DNA of 64,000 nucleotides from assembly GCA_964057225.1 (NCBI GenBank), contig OZ059900.1, positions 24,056,001 to 24,120,000 of the forward strand, in the 5' to 3' direction. The DNA comes from Auanema rhodensis. Its lineage: Eukaryota > Animalia > Nematoda. Shown piece after piece: positions 27,601 to 42,600 of the stretch (its first letter is position 1; each line of letters opens with the position of its first letter). The notes under the pieces are model-generated. The model was not told where the DNA came from. It saw nothing but the letters and a program-made list of their open reading frames with translations, and did no database searches. A program made the translations under genes and the position numbers.

Positions 27601-30600
27601 AAGAAATATTTTATTATGCTGGAAAACCAGTTTTTGGAAATTTCGCTGTAAACAAGGTTTTGACTTACGATTTCATGTGTTCAAACTCATGCAATGTCAA
27701 TGAAACCTAGCTCAAAATTGTTCGTACAACGTCTAGTTCCACTTTCACGACAAAAAAACAGGGGTTAGAAAATTAAGGAAATTAGCATATTCTGAGGGCA
27801 CGCCCCTTATGGCTAATATTGATTAAATCGATTTTTGTTCATATGAGTCGTCAAATGCAACGAATTTCAGCGTGTTACACACTAAAATGAAGCATTTCAC
27901 ATGCTGAACACTAGAAGAATACAAAAACACAGTATTTCCCATGAGAAATATTTTATTATGCTGGAAAACCAGTTTTTCGAAATTTCGCTGTAAACAAGGT
28001 TTTGACTTACGATTTCATGTGTTCAAACTCATGCAATGTCAATGAAACCTAGCTCAAAATTGTTCGTACAACGTCTAGTTCCACTTTCACGACAAAAAAA
28101 CAAGGGTTAGAAAATTAAGGAAATTAGCATATTCTGAGGGCACGCCCCTTATGGCTAATATTGATTAAATCGATTTTTGTTCATATGAGTCGTCAAATGC
28201 AACGAATTTCAGCGTGTTACATACTAAAATGAAGCATTTTACATGCTGAACACTAGAAAAATACAAAAACACAGTATTTCCCATGAGAAATGTTTTATTA
28301 TGCTGGAAAACCAGTTTTTGGAAATTTCGCTGTAAACAAGGTTTTGACTTACGATTTCATGTGTTCAAACTCATGCAATGTCAATGAAACCTAGCTCAAA
28401 ATTGTTCGTACAACGTCTAGTTCCACTTTCACGACAAAAAAACAGGGGTTAGAAAATTAAGGAAATTAGCATATTCTGAGGGCACGCCCCTTATGGCTAA
28501 TATTGATTAAATCGATTTTTGTTCATATGAGTCGTCAAATGCAACGAATTTCAGCGTGTTACATACTAAAATGAAGCATTTTACATGCTGAACACTAGAA
28601 GAATACAAAAACACAGTATTTCCCATGAGAAATATTTTATTATGCTGGAAAACCAGTTTGTGGAAATTTCGCTGTAAACAAGGTTTTGACTTACGATTTC
28701 ATGTGTTCAAACTCATGCAATGTCAATGAAACCTAGCTCAAAATTGTTTGTACAACGTCTAGTTCCACTTTCACGACAAAAAAACAAGGGTTAGAAAATT
28801 AAGGAAATTAGCATATTCTGAGGGCACGCCCCTTATGGCTAATATTGATTAAATCGATTTTTGTTCATATGAGTCGTCAAATGCAACGAATTTCAGCGTG
28901 TTACATACTAAAATGAAGCATTTTACATGCTGAACACTAGAAAAATACAAAAACACAGTATTTCCCATGAGAAATATTTTATTATGCTGGAAAACCAGTT
29001 TTTGGAAATTTCGCTGTAAACAAGGTTTTGACTTACGATTTCATGTGTTCAAACTCATGCAATGTCAATGAAACCTAGCTCAAAATTGTTCGTACAACGT
29101 CTAGTTCCACTTTCACGACAAAAAAACAGGGGTTAGAAAATTAAGGAAATTAGCATATTCTGAGGGCACGCCCCTTATGGCTAATATTGATTAAATCGAT
29201 TTTTGTTCATATGAGTCGTCAAATGCAACGAATTTCAGCGTGTTACACACTAAAATGAAGCATTTCACATGCTGAACACTAGAAGAATACAAAAACACAG
29301 TATTTCCCATGAGAAATATTTTATTATGCTGGAAAACCAGTTTTTCGAAATTTCGCTGTAAACAAGGTTTTGACTTACGATTTCATGTGTTCAAACTCAT
29401 GCAATGTCAATGAAACCTAGCTCAAAATTGTTCGTACAACGTCTAGTTCCACTTTCACGACAAAAAAACAAGGGTTAGAAAATTAAGGAAATTAGCATAT
29501 TCTGAGGGCACGCCCCTTATGGCTAATATTGATTAAATCGATTTTTGTTCATATGAGTCGTCAAATGCAACGAATTTCAGCGTGTTACATACTAAAATGA
29601 AGCATTTTACATGCTGAACACTAGAAAAATACAAAAACACAGTATTTCCCATGAGAAATATTTTATTATGCTGGAAAACCAGTTTTTGGAAATTTCGCTG
29701 TAAACAAGGTTTTGACTTACGATTTCATGTGTTCAAACTCATGCAATGTCAATGAAACCTAGCTCAAAATTGTTCGTACAACGTCTAGTTCCACTTTCAC
29801 GACAAAAAAACAGGGGTTAGAAAATTAAGGAAATTAGCATATTCTGAGGGCACGCCCCTTATGGCTAATATTGATTAAATCGATTTTTGTTCATATGAGT
29901 CGTCAAATGCAACGAATTTCAGCGTGTTACATACTAAAATGAAGCATTTTACATGCTGAACACTAGAAAAATACAAAAACACAGTATTTCCCATGAGAAA
30001 TATTTTATTATGCTGGAAAACCAGTTTTTGGAAATTTCGCTGTAAACAAGGTTTTGACTTACGATTTCATGTGTTCAAACTCATGCAATGTCAATGAAAC
30101 CTAGCTCAAAATTGTTCGTACAACGTCTAGTTCCACTTTCACGACAAAAAAACAGGGGTTAGAAAATTAAGGAAATTAGCATATTCTGAGGGCACGCCCC
30201 TTATGGCTAATATTGATTAAATCGATTTTTGTTCATATGAGTCGTCAAATGCAACGAATTTCAGCGTGTTACATACTAAAATGAAGCATTTTACATGCTG
30301 AACACTAGAAGAATACAAAAACACAGTATTTCCCATGAGAAATATTTTATCATGCTGGAAAACCAGTTTGTGGAAATTTCGCTGTAAACAAGGTTTTGAC
30401 TTACGATTTCATGTGTTCAAACTCATGCAATGTCAATGAAACCTAGCTCAAAATTGTTCGTACAACGTCTAGTTCCACTTTCACGACAAAAAAACAGGGG
30501 TTAGAAAATTAAGGAAATTAGCATATTCTGAGGGCACGCCCCTTATGGCTAATATTGATTAAATCGATTTTTGTTCATATGAGTCGTCAAATGCAACGAA

Positions 30601-33060
30601 TTTCAGCGTGTTACATACTAAAATGAAGCATTTTACATGCTGAACACTAGAAGAATACAAAAACACAGTATTTCCCATGAGAAATATTTTATTATGCTGG
30701 AAAACCAGTTTTTGGAAATTTCGCTGTAAACAAGGTTTTGACTTACGATTTCATGTGTTCAAACTCATGCAATGTCAATGAAACCTAGCTCAAAATTGTT
30801 CGTACAACGTCTAGTTCCACTTTCACGACAAAAAAACAGGGGTTAGAAAATTAAAGAAATTAGCATATTCTGAGGGCACGCCCCTTATGGCTAATATTGA
30901 TTAAATCGATTTTTGTTCATATGAGTCGTCAAATGCAACGAATTTCAGCGTGTTACATACTAAAATGAAGCATTTTACATGCTGAACACTAGAAAAATAC
31001 AAAAACACAGTATTTCCCATGAGAAATATTTTATCATGCTGGAAAACCAGTTTTTGGAAATTTCGCTGTAAACAAGGTTTTGACTTACGATTTCATGTGT
31101 TCAAACTCATGCAATGTCAATGAAACCTAGCTCAAAATTGTTTGTACAACGTCTAGTTCCACTTTCACGACAAAAAAACAAGGGTTAGAAAATTAAGGAA
31201 ATTAGCATATTCTGAGGGCACGCCCCTTATGGCTAATATTGATTAAATCGATTTTTGTTCATATGAGTCGTCAAATGCAACGAATTTCAGCGTGTTACAT
31301 ACTAAAATGAAGCATTTTACATGCTGAACACTAGAAAAATACAAAAACACAGTATTTCCCATGAGAAATATTTTATTATGCTGGAAAACCAGTTTTTGGA
31401 AATTTCGCTGTAAATAAGGTTTTGACTTACGATTTCATGTGTTCAAACTCATGCAATGTCAATGAAACCTAGCTCAAAATTGTTCGTACAACGTCTAGTT
31501 CCACTTTCACGACAAAAAAACAGGGGTTAGAAAATTAAGGAAATTAGCATATTCTGAGGGCACGCCCCTTATGGCTAATATTGATTAAATCGATTTTTGT
31601 TCATATGAGTCGTCAAATGCAACGAATTTCAGCGTGTTACATACTAAAATGAAGCATTTTACATGCTGAACACTAGAAAAATACAAAAACACAGTATTTC
31701 CCATGAGAAATATTTTATCATGCTGGAAAACCAGTTTTTGGAAATTTCGCTGTAAACAAGGTTTTGACTTACGATTTCATGTGTTCAAACTCATGCAATG
31801 TCAATGAAACCTAGCTCAAAATTGTTTGTACAACGTCTAGTTCCACTTTCACGACAAAAAAACAAGGGTTAGAAAATTAAGGAAATTAGCATATTCTGAG
31901 GGCACGCCCCTTATGGCTAATATTGATTAAATCGATTTTTGTTCATATGAGTCGTCAAATGCAACGAATTTCAGCGTGTTACATACTAGAATGAAGCATT
32001 TTACATGCTGAACACTAGAAAAATACAAAAACACAGTATTTCCCATGAGAAATATTTTATTATGCTGGAAAACCAGTTTTTGGAAATTTCGCTGTAAACA
32101 AGGTTTTGACTTACGATTTCATGTGTTCAAACTCATGCAATGTCAATGAAACCTAGCTCAAAATTGTTCGTACAACGTCTAGTTCCACTTTCACGACAAA
32201 AAAACAGGGGTTAGAAAATTAAGGAAATTAGCATATTCTGAGGGCACGCCCCTTATGGCTAATATTGATTAAATCGATTTTTGTTCATATGAGTCGTCAA
32301 ATGCAACGAATTTCAGCGTGTTACATACTAAAATGAAGCATTTTACATGCTGAACACTAGAAAAATACAAAAACACAGTATTTCCCATGAGAAATATTTT
32401 ATCATGCTGGAAAACCAGTTTTTGGAAATTTCGCTGTAAACAAGGTTTTGACTTACGATTTCATGTGTTCAAACTCATGCAATGTCAATGAAACCTAGCT
32501 CAAAATTGTTTGTACAACGTCTAGTTCCACTTTCACGACAAAAAAACAAGGGTTAGAAAATTAAGGAAATTAGCATATTCTGAGGGCACGCCCCTTATGG
32601 CTAATATTGATTAAATCGATTTTTGTTCATATGAGTCGTCAAATGCAACGAATTTCAGCGTGTTACATACTAAAATGAAGCATTTTACATGCTGAACACT
32701 AGAAAAATACAAAAACACAGTATTTCCCATGAGAAATATTTTATTATGCTGGAAAACCAGTTTTTGGAAATTTCGCTGTAAACAAGGTTTTGACTTACGA
32801 TTTCATGTGTTCAAACTCATGCAATGTCAATGAAACCTAGCTCAAAATTGTTCGTACAACGTCTAGTTCCACTTTCACGACAAAAAAACAGGGGTTAGAA
32901 AATTAAGGAAATTAGCATATTCTGAGGGCACGCCCCTTATGGCTAATATTGATTAAATCGATTTTTGTTCATATGAGTCGTCAAATGCAACGAATTTCAG
33001 CGTGTTACACACTAAAATGAAGCATTTCACATGCTGAACACTAGAAGAATACAAAAACAC

Positions 33061-36000
33061 AGTTTTTCCATGAGAAATATTTTATTATGCTGGAAAACCA
33101 GTTTTTCGAAATTTCGCTGTAAACAAGGTTTTGACTTACGATTTCATGTGTTCAAACTCATGCAATGTCAATGAAACCTAGCTCAAAATTGTTCGTACAA
33201 CGTCTAGTTCCACTTTCACGACAAAAAAACAAGGGTTAGAAAATTAAGGAAATTAGCATATTCTGAGGGCACGCCCCTTATGGCTAATATTGATTAAATC
33301 GATTTTTGTTCATATGAGTCGTCAAATGCAACGAATTTCAGCGTGTTACATACTAAAATGAAGCATTTTACATGCTGAACACTAGAAAAATACAAAAACA
33401 CAGTATTTCCCATGAGAAATATTTTATCATGCTGGAAAACCAGTTTTTGGAAATTTCGCTGTAAACAAGGTTTTGACTTACGATTTCATGTGTTCAAACT
33501 CATGCAATGTCAATGAAACCTAGCTCAAAATTGTTTGTACAACGTCTAGTTCCACTTTCACGACAAAAAAACAAGGGTTAGAAAATTAAGGAAATTAGCA
33601 TATTCTGAGGGCACGCCCCTTATGGCTAATATTGATTAAATCGATTTTTGTTCATATGAGTCGTCAAATGCAACGAATTTCAGCGTGTTACATACTAAAA
33701 TGAAGCATTTTACATGCTGAACACTAGAAAAATACAAAAACACAGTATTTCCCATGAGAAATATTTTATCATGCTGGAAAACCAGTTTTTGGAAATTTCG
33801 CTGTAAACAAGGTTTTGACTTACGATTTCATGTGTTCAAACTCATGCAATGTCAATGAAACCTAGCTCAAAATTGTTTGTACAACGTCTAGTTCCACTTT
33901 CACGACAAAAAAACAAGGGTTAGAAAATTAAGGAAATTAGCATATTCTGAGGGCACGCCCCTTATGGCTAATATTGATTAAATCGATTTTTGTTCATATG
34001 AGTCGTCAAATGCAACGAATTTCAGCGTGTTACATACTAAAATGAAGCATTTTACATGCTGAACACTAGAAAAATACAAAAACACAGTATTTCCCATGAG
34101 AAATATTTTATTATGCTGGAAAACCAGTTTTTGGAAATTTCGCTGTAAACAAGGTTTTGACTTACGATTTCATGTGTTCAAACTCATGCAATGTCAATGA
34201 AACCTAGCTCAAAATTGTTCGTACAACGTCTAGTTCCACTTTCACGACAAAAAAACAGGGGTTAGAAAATTAAGGAAATTAGCATATTCTGAGGGCACGC
34301 CCCTTATGGCTAATATTGATTAAATCGATTTTTGTTCATATGAGTCGTCAAATGCAACGAATTTCAGCGTGTTACACACTAAAATGAAGCATTTCACATG
34401 CTGAACACTAGAAGAATACAAAACACAGTATTTCCTATGAGAAATATTTTATTATGCTGGAAAACCAGTTTTTCGAAATTTCGCTGTAAACAAGGTTTTG
34501 ACTTACGATTTCATGTGTTCAAACTCATGCAATGTCAATGAAACCTAGCTCAAAATTGTTCGTACAACGTCTAGTTCCACTTTCACGACAAAAAAACAAG
34601 GGTTAGAAAATTAAGGAAATTAGCATATTCTGAGGGCACGCCCCTTATGGCTAATATTGATTAAATCGATTTTTGTTCATATGAGTCGTCAAATGCAACG
34701 AATTTCAGCGTGTTACATACTAAAATGAAGCATTTTACATGCTGAACACTAGAAAAATACAAAAACACAGTATTTCCCATGAGAAATATTTTATTATGCT
34801 GGAAAACCAGTTTTTGGAAATTTCGCTGTAAACAAGGTTTTGACTTACGATTTCATGTGTTCAAACTCATGCAATGTCAATGAAACCTAGCTCAAAATTG
34901 TTCGTACAACGTCTAGTTCCACTTTCACGACAAAAAAACAGGGGTTAGAAAATTAAGGAAATTAGCATATTCTGAGGGCACGCCCCTTATGGCTAATATT
35001 GATTAAATCGATTTTTGTTCATATGAGTCGTCAAATGCAACGAATTTCAGCGTGTTACATACTAAAATGAAGCATTTTACATGCTGAACACTAGAAAAAT
35101 ACAAAAACACAGTATTTCCCATGAGAAATATTTTATCATGCTGGAAAACCAGTTTTTGGAAATTTCGCTGTAAACAAGGTTTTGACTTACGATTTCATGT
35201 GTTCAAACTCATGCAATGTCAATGAAACCTAGCTCAAAATTGTTTGTACAACGTCTAGTTCCACTTTCACGACAAAAAAACAAGGGTTAGAAAATTAAGG
35301 AAATTAGCATATTCTGAGGGCACGCCCCTTATGGCTAATATTGATTAAATCGATTTTTGTTCATATGAGTCGTCAAATGCAACGAATTTCAGCGTGTTAC
35401 ATACTAAAATGAAGCATTTTACATGCTGAACACTAGAAAAATACAAAAACACAGTATTTCCCATGAGAAATATTTTATTATGCTGGAAAACCAGTTTTTG
35501 GAAATTTCGCTGTAAACAAGGTTTTGACTTACGATTTCATGTGTTCAAACTCATGCAATGTCAATGAAACCTAGCTCAAAATTGTTCGTACAACGTCTAG
35601 TTCCACTTTCACGACAAAAAAACAGGGGTTAGAAAATTAAGGAAATTAGCATATTCTGAGGGCACGCCCCTTATGGCTAATATTGATTAAATCGATTTTT
35701 GTTCATATGAGTCGTCAAATGCAACGAATTTCAGCGTGTTACACACTAAAATGAAGCATTTCACATGCTGAACACTAGAAGAATACAAAACACAGTTTTT
35801 CCTATGAGAAATATTTTATTATGCTGGAAAACCAGTTTTTCGAAATTTCGCTGTAAACAAGGTTTTGACTTACGATTTCATGTGTTCAAACTCATGCAAT
35901 GTCAATGAAACCTAGCTCAAAATTGTTCGTACAACGTCTAGTTCCACTTTCACGACAAAAAAACAAGGGTTAGAAAATTAAGGAAATTAGCATATTCTGA

Positions 36001-38280
36001 GGGCACGCCCCTTATGGCTAATATTGATTAAATCGATTTTTTTCATATGAGTCGTCAAATGCAACGAATTTCAGCGTGTTACATACTAAAATGAAGCATT
36101 TTACATGCTGAACACTAGAAAAATACAAAAACACAGTATTTCCCATGAGAAATATTTTATTATGCTGGAAAACCAGTTTTTGGAAATTTCGCTGTAAACA
36201 AGGTTTTGACTTACGATTTCATGTGTTCAAACTCATGCAATGTCAATGAAACCTAGCTCAAAATTGTTCGTACAACGTCTAGTTCCACTTTCACGACAAA
36301 AAAACAGGGGTTAGAAAATTAAGGAAATTAGCATATTCTGAGGGCACGCCCCTTATGGCTAATATTGATTAAATCGATTTTTGTTCATATGAGTCGTCAA
36401 ATGCAACGAATTTCAGCGTGTTACATACTAAAATGAAGCATTTTACATGCTGAACACTAGAAAAATACAAAAACACAGTATTTCCCATGAGAAATATTTT
36501 ATCATGCTGGAAAACCAGTTTTTGGAAATTTCGCTGTAAACAAGGTTTTGACTTACGATTTCATGTGTTCAAACTCATGCAATGTCAATGAAACCTAGCT
36601 CAAAATTGTTTGTACAACGTCTAGTTCCACTTTCACGACAAAAAAACAAGGGTTAGAAAATTAAGGAAATTAGCATATTCTGAGGGCACGCCCCTTATGG
36701 CTAATATTGATTAAATCGATTTTTGTTCATATGAGTCGTCAAATGCAACGAATTTCAGCGTGTTACATACTAAAATGAAGCATTTTACATGCTGAACACT
36801 AGAAAAATACAAAAACACAGTATTTCCCATGAGAAATATTTTATTATGCTGGAAAACCAGTTTTTGGAAATTTCGCTGTAAACAAGGTTTTGACTTACGA
36901 TTTCATGTGTTCAAACTCATGCAATGTCAATGAAACCTAGCTCAAAATTGTTCGTACAACGTCTAGTTCCACTTTCACGACAAAAAAACAGGGGTTAGAA
37001 AATTAAGGAAATTAGCATATTCTGAGGGCACGCCCCTTATGGCTAATATTGATTAAATCGATTTTTGTTCATATGAGTCGTCAAATGCAACGAATTTCAG
37101 CGTGTTACACACTAAAATGAAGCATTTCACATGCTGAACACTAGAAGAATACAAAAACACAGTTTTTCCATGAGAAATATTTTATTATGCTGGAAAACCA
37201 GTTTTTGGAAATTTCGCTGTAAACAAGGTTTTGACTTACGATTTCATGTGTTCAAACTCATGCAATGTCAATGAAACCTAGCTCAAAATTGTTCGTACAA
37301 CGTCTAGTTCCACTTTCACGACAAAAAAACAGGGGTTAGAAAATTAAGGAAATTAGCATATTCTGAGGGCACGCCCCTTATGGCTAATATTGATTAAATC
37401 GATTTTTGTTCATATGAGTCGTCAAATGCAACGAATTTCAGCGTGTTACACACTAAAATGAAGCATTTCACATGCTGAACACTAGAAGAATACAAAAACA
37501 CAGTTTTTCCATGAGAAATATTTTATTATGCTGGAAAACCAGTTTTTCGAAATTTCGCTGTAAACAAGGTTTTGACTTACGATTTCATGTGTTCAAACTC
37601 ATGCAATGTCAATGAAACCTAGCTCAAAATTGTTCGTACAACGTCTAGTTCCACTTTCACGACAAAAAAACAGGGGTTAGAAAATTAAGGAAATTAGCAT
37701 ATTCTGAGGGCACGCCCCTTATGGCTAATATTGATTAAATCGATTTTTGTTCATATGAGTCGTCAAATGCAACGAATTTCAGCGTGTTACACACTAAAAT
37801 GAAGCATTTCACATGCTGAACACTAGAAGAATACAAAAACACAGTTTTTCCATGAGAAATATTTTATTATGCTGGAAAACCAGTTTTTGGAAATTTCGCT
37901 GTAAACAAGGTTTTGACTTACGATTTCATGTGTTCAAACTCATGCAATGTCAATGAAACCTAGCTCAAAATTGTTCGTACAACGTCTAGTTCCACTTTCA
38001 CGACAAAAAAACAGGGGTTAGAAAATTAAGGAAATTAGCATATTCTGAGGGCACGCCCCTTATGGCTAATATTGATTAAATCGATTTTTGTTCATATGAG
38101 TCGTCAAATGCAACGAATTTCAGCGTGTTACACACTAAAATGAAGCATTTCACATGCTGAACACTAGAAGAATACAAAAACACAGTTTTTCCATGAGAAA
38201 TATTTTATTATGCTGGAAAACCAGTTTTTCGAAATTTCGCTGTAAACAAGGTTTTGACTTACGATTTCATGTGTTCAAAC
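33061..38280. repeat. Sub-domain of satellite B containing all eight 341-bp (1-bp deletion) monomers
   Basis: Deletions near 33063, 34421, 35790, 36041, 37163, 37504, 37845 and 38186. The array phase is shifted by -8 at 38621 relative to 4771. Confidence 0.9.
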
Positions 38281-39649
38281 TCATGCAATGTCAATGAAAC
38301 CTAGCTCAAAATTGTTCGTACAACGTCTAGTTCCACTTTCACGACAAAAAAACAAGGGTTAGAAAATTAAGGAAATTAGCATATTCTGAGGGCACGCCCC
38401 TTATGGCTAATATTGATTAAATCGATTTTTGTTCATATGAGTCGTCAAATGCAACGAATTTCAGCGTGTTACATACTAAAATGAAGCATTTTACATGCTG
38501 AACACTAGAAAAATACAAAAACACAGTATTTCCCATGAGAAATATTTTATTATGCTGGAAAACCAGTTTTTGGAAATTTCGCTGTAAACAAGGTTTTGAC
38601 TTACGATTTCATGTGTTCAAACTCATGCAAGGTCAATGAAACCTAGCTCAAAATTGTTCGTACAACGTCTAGTTCCACTTTCACGACAAAAAAACAGGGG
38701 TTAGAAAATTAAGGAAATTAGCATATTCTGAGGGCACGCCCCTTATGGCTAATATTGATTAAATCGATTTTTGTTCATATGAGTCGTCAAATGCAACGAA
38801 TTTCAGCGTGTTACATACTAAAATGAAGCATTTTACATGCTGAACACTAGAAGAATACAAAAACACAGTATTTCCCATGAGAAATATTTTATTATGCTGG
38901 AAAACCAGTTTGTGGAAATTTCGCTGTAAACAAGGTTTTGACTTACGATTTCATGTGTTCAAACTCATGCAATGTCAATGAAACCTAGCTCAAAATTGTT
39001 CGTACAACGTCTAGTTCCACTTTCACGACAAAAAAACAGGGGTTAGAAAATTAAGGAAATTAGCATATTCTGAGGGCACGCCCCTTATGGCTAATATTGA
39101 TTAAATCGATTTTTGTTCATATGAGTCGTCAAATGCAACGAATTTCAGCGTGTTACATACTAAAATGAAGCATTTTACATGCTGAACACTAGAAAAATAC
39201 AAAAACACAGTATTTCCCATGAGAAATATTTTATCATGCTGGAAAACCAGTTTTTGGAAATTTCGCTGTAAACAAGGTTTTGACTTACGATTTCATGTGT
39301 TCAAACTCATGCAATGTCAATGAAACCTAGCTCAAAATTGTTTGTACAACGTCTAGTTCCACTTTCACGACAAAAAAACAAGGGTTAGAAAATTAAGGAA
39401 ATTAGCATATTCTGAGGGCACGCCCCTTATGGCTAATATTGATTAAATCGATTTTTGTTCATATGAGTCGTCAAATGCAACGAATTTCAGCGTGTTACAT
39501 ACTAAAATGAAGCATTTTACATGCTGAACACTAGAAAAATACAAAAACACAGTATTTCCCATGAGAAATATTTTATTATGCTGGAAAACCAGTTTTTGGA
39601 AATTTCGCTGTAAACAAGGTTTTGACTTACGATTTCATGTGTTCAAACT

Positions 39650-42600
39650 CATGCAATGTCAATGAAACCTAGGTCAAAATTGTTCGTACAACGTCTAGTT
39701 CCACTTTCACGACAAAAAAACAGGGGTTAGAAAATTAAGGAAATTAGCATATTCTGAGGGCACGCCCCTTATGGCTAATATTGATTAAATCGATTTTTGT
39801 TCATATGAGTCGTCAAATGCAACGAATTTCAGCGTGTTACACACTAAAATGAAGCATTTCACATGCTGAACACTAGAAGAATACAAAAACACAGTATTTC
39901 CCATGAGAAATATTTTATTATGCTGGAAAACCAGTTTTTGGAAATTTCGCTGTAAACAAGGTTTTGACTTACGATTTCATGTGTTCAAACTCATGCAATG
40001 TCAATGAAACCTAGCTCAAAATTGTTCGTACAACGTCTAGTTCCACTTTCACGACAAAAAAACAGGGGTTAGAAAATTAAGGAAATTAGCATATTCTGAG
40101 GGCACGCCCCTTATGGCTAATATTGATTAAATCGATTTTTGTTCATATGAGTCGTCAAATGCAACGAATTTCAGCGTGTTACATACTAAAATGAAGCATT
40201 TTACATGCTGAACACTAGAAAAATACAAAAACACAGTATTTCCCATGAGAAATATTTTATCATGCTGGAAAACCAGTTTTTGGAAATTTCGCTGTAAACA
40301 AGGTTTTGACTTACGATTTCATGTGTTCAAACTCATGCAATGTCAATGAAACCTAGCTCAAAATTGTTTGTACAACGTCTAGTTCCACTTTCACGACAAA
40401 AAAACAAGGGTTAGAAAATTAAGGAAATTAGCATATTCTGAGGGCACGCCCCTTATGGCTAATATTGATTAAATCGATTTTTGTTCATATGAGTCGTCAA
40501 ATGCAACGAATTTCAGCGTGTTACATACTAAAATGAAGCATTTTACATGCTGAACACTAGAAAAATACAAAAACACAGTATTTCCCATGAGAAATATTTT
40601 ATTATGCTGGAAAACCAGTTTTTGGAAATTTCGCTGTAAACAAGGTTTTGACTTACGATTTCATGTGTTCAAACTCATGCAATGTCAATGAAACCTAGCT
40701 CAAAATTGTTCGTACAACGTCTAGTTCCACTTTCACGACAAAAAAACAGGGGTTAGAAAATTAAGGAAATTAGCATATTCTGAGGGCACGCCCCTTATGG
40801 CTAATATTGATTAAATCGATTTTTGTTCATATGAGTCGTCAAATGCAACGAATTTCAGCGTGTTACACACTAAAATGAAGCATTTCACATGCTGAACACT
40901 AGAAGAATACAAAAACACAGTATTTCCCATGAGAAATATTTTATTATGCTGGAAAACCAGTTTTTCGAAATTTCGCTGTAAACAAGGTTTTGACTTACGA
41001 TTTCATGTGTTCAAACTCATGCAATGTCAATGAAACCTAGCTCAAAATTGTTCGTACAACGTCTAGTTCCACTTTCACAACAAAAAAACAAGGGTTAGAA
41101 AATTAAGGAAATTAGCATATTCTGAGGGCACGCCCCTTATGGCTAATATTGATTAAATCGATTTTTGTTCATATGAGTCGTCAAATGCAACGAATTTCAG
41201 CGTGTTACATACTAAAATGAAGCATTTTACATGCTGAACACTAGAAAAATACAAAAACACAGTATTTCCCATGAGAAATATTTTATTATGCTGGAAAACC
41301 AGTTTTTGGAAATTTCGCTGTAAACAAGGTTTTGACTTACGATTTCATGTGTTCAAACTCATGCAATGTCAATGAAACCTAGCTCAAAATTGTTCGTACA
41401 ACGTCTAGTTCCACTTTCACGACAAAAAAACAGGGGTTAGAAAATTAAGGAAATTAGCATATTCTGGGGGTACGCCCCTTATGGCTAATATTGATTAAAT
41501 CGATTTTTGTTCATATGAGTCGTCAAATGCAACGAATTTCAGCGTGTTACATACTAAAATGAAGCATTTTACATGCTGAACACTAGAAAAATACAAAAAC
41601 ACAGTATTTCCCATGAGAAATATTTTATTATGCTGGAAAACCAGTTTTTGGAAATTTCGCTGTAAACAAGGTTTTGACTTACGATTTCATGTGTTCAAAC
41701 TCATGCAATGTCAATGAAACCTAGGTCAAAATTGTTCGTACAACGTCTAGTTCCACTTTCACGACAAAAAAACAGGGGTTAGAAAATTAAGGAAATTAGC
41801 ATATTCTGAGGGCACGCCCCTTATGGCTAATATTGATTAAATCGATTTTTGTTCATATGAGTCGTCAAATGCAACGAATTTCAGCGTGTTACACACTAAA
41901 ATGAAGCATTTCACATGCTGAACACTAGAAGAATACAAAAACACAGTATTTCCCATGAGAAATATTTTATTATGCTGGAAAACCAGTTTTTCGAAATTTC
42001 GCTGTAAACAAGGTTTTGACTTACGATTTCATGTGTTCAAACTCATGCAATGTCAATGAAACCTAGCTCAAAATTGTTCGTACAACGTCTAGTTCCACTT
42101 TCACAACAAAAAAACAAGGGTTAGAAAATTAAGGAAATTAGCATATTCTGAGGGCACGCCCCTTATGGCTAATATTGATTAAATCGATTTTTGTTCATAT
42201 GAGTCGTCAAATGCAACGAATTTCAGCGTGTTACATACTAAAATGAAGCATTTTACATGCTGAACACTAGAAAAATACAAAAACACAGTATTTCCCATGA
42301 GAAATATTTTATTATGCTGGAAAACCAGTTTTTGGAAATTTCGCTGTAAACAAGGTTTTGACTTACGATTTCATGTGTTCAAACTCATGCAATGTCAATG
42401 AAACCTAGCTCAAAATTGTTCGTACAACGTCTAGTTCCACTTTCACGACAAAAAAACAGGGGTTAGAAAATTAAGGAAATTAGCATATTCTGGGGGTACG
42501 CCCCTTATGGCTAATATTGATTAAATCGATTTTTGTTCATATGAGTCGTCAAATGCAACGAATTTCAGCGTGTTACATACTAAAATGAAGCATTTTACAT

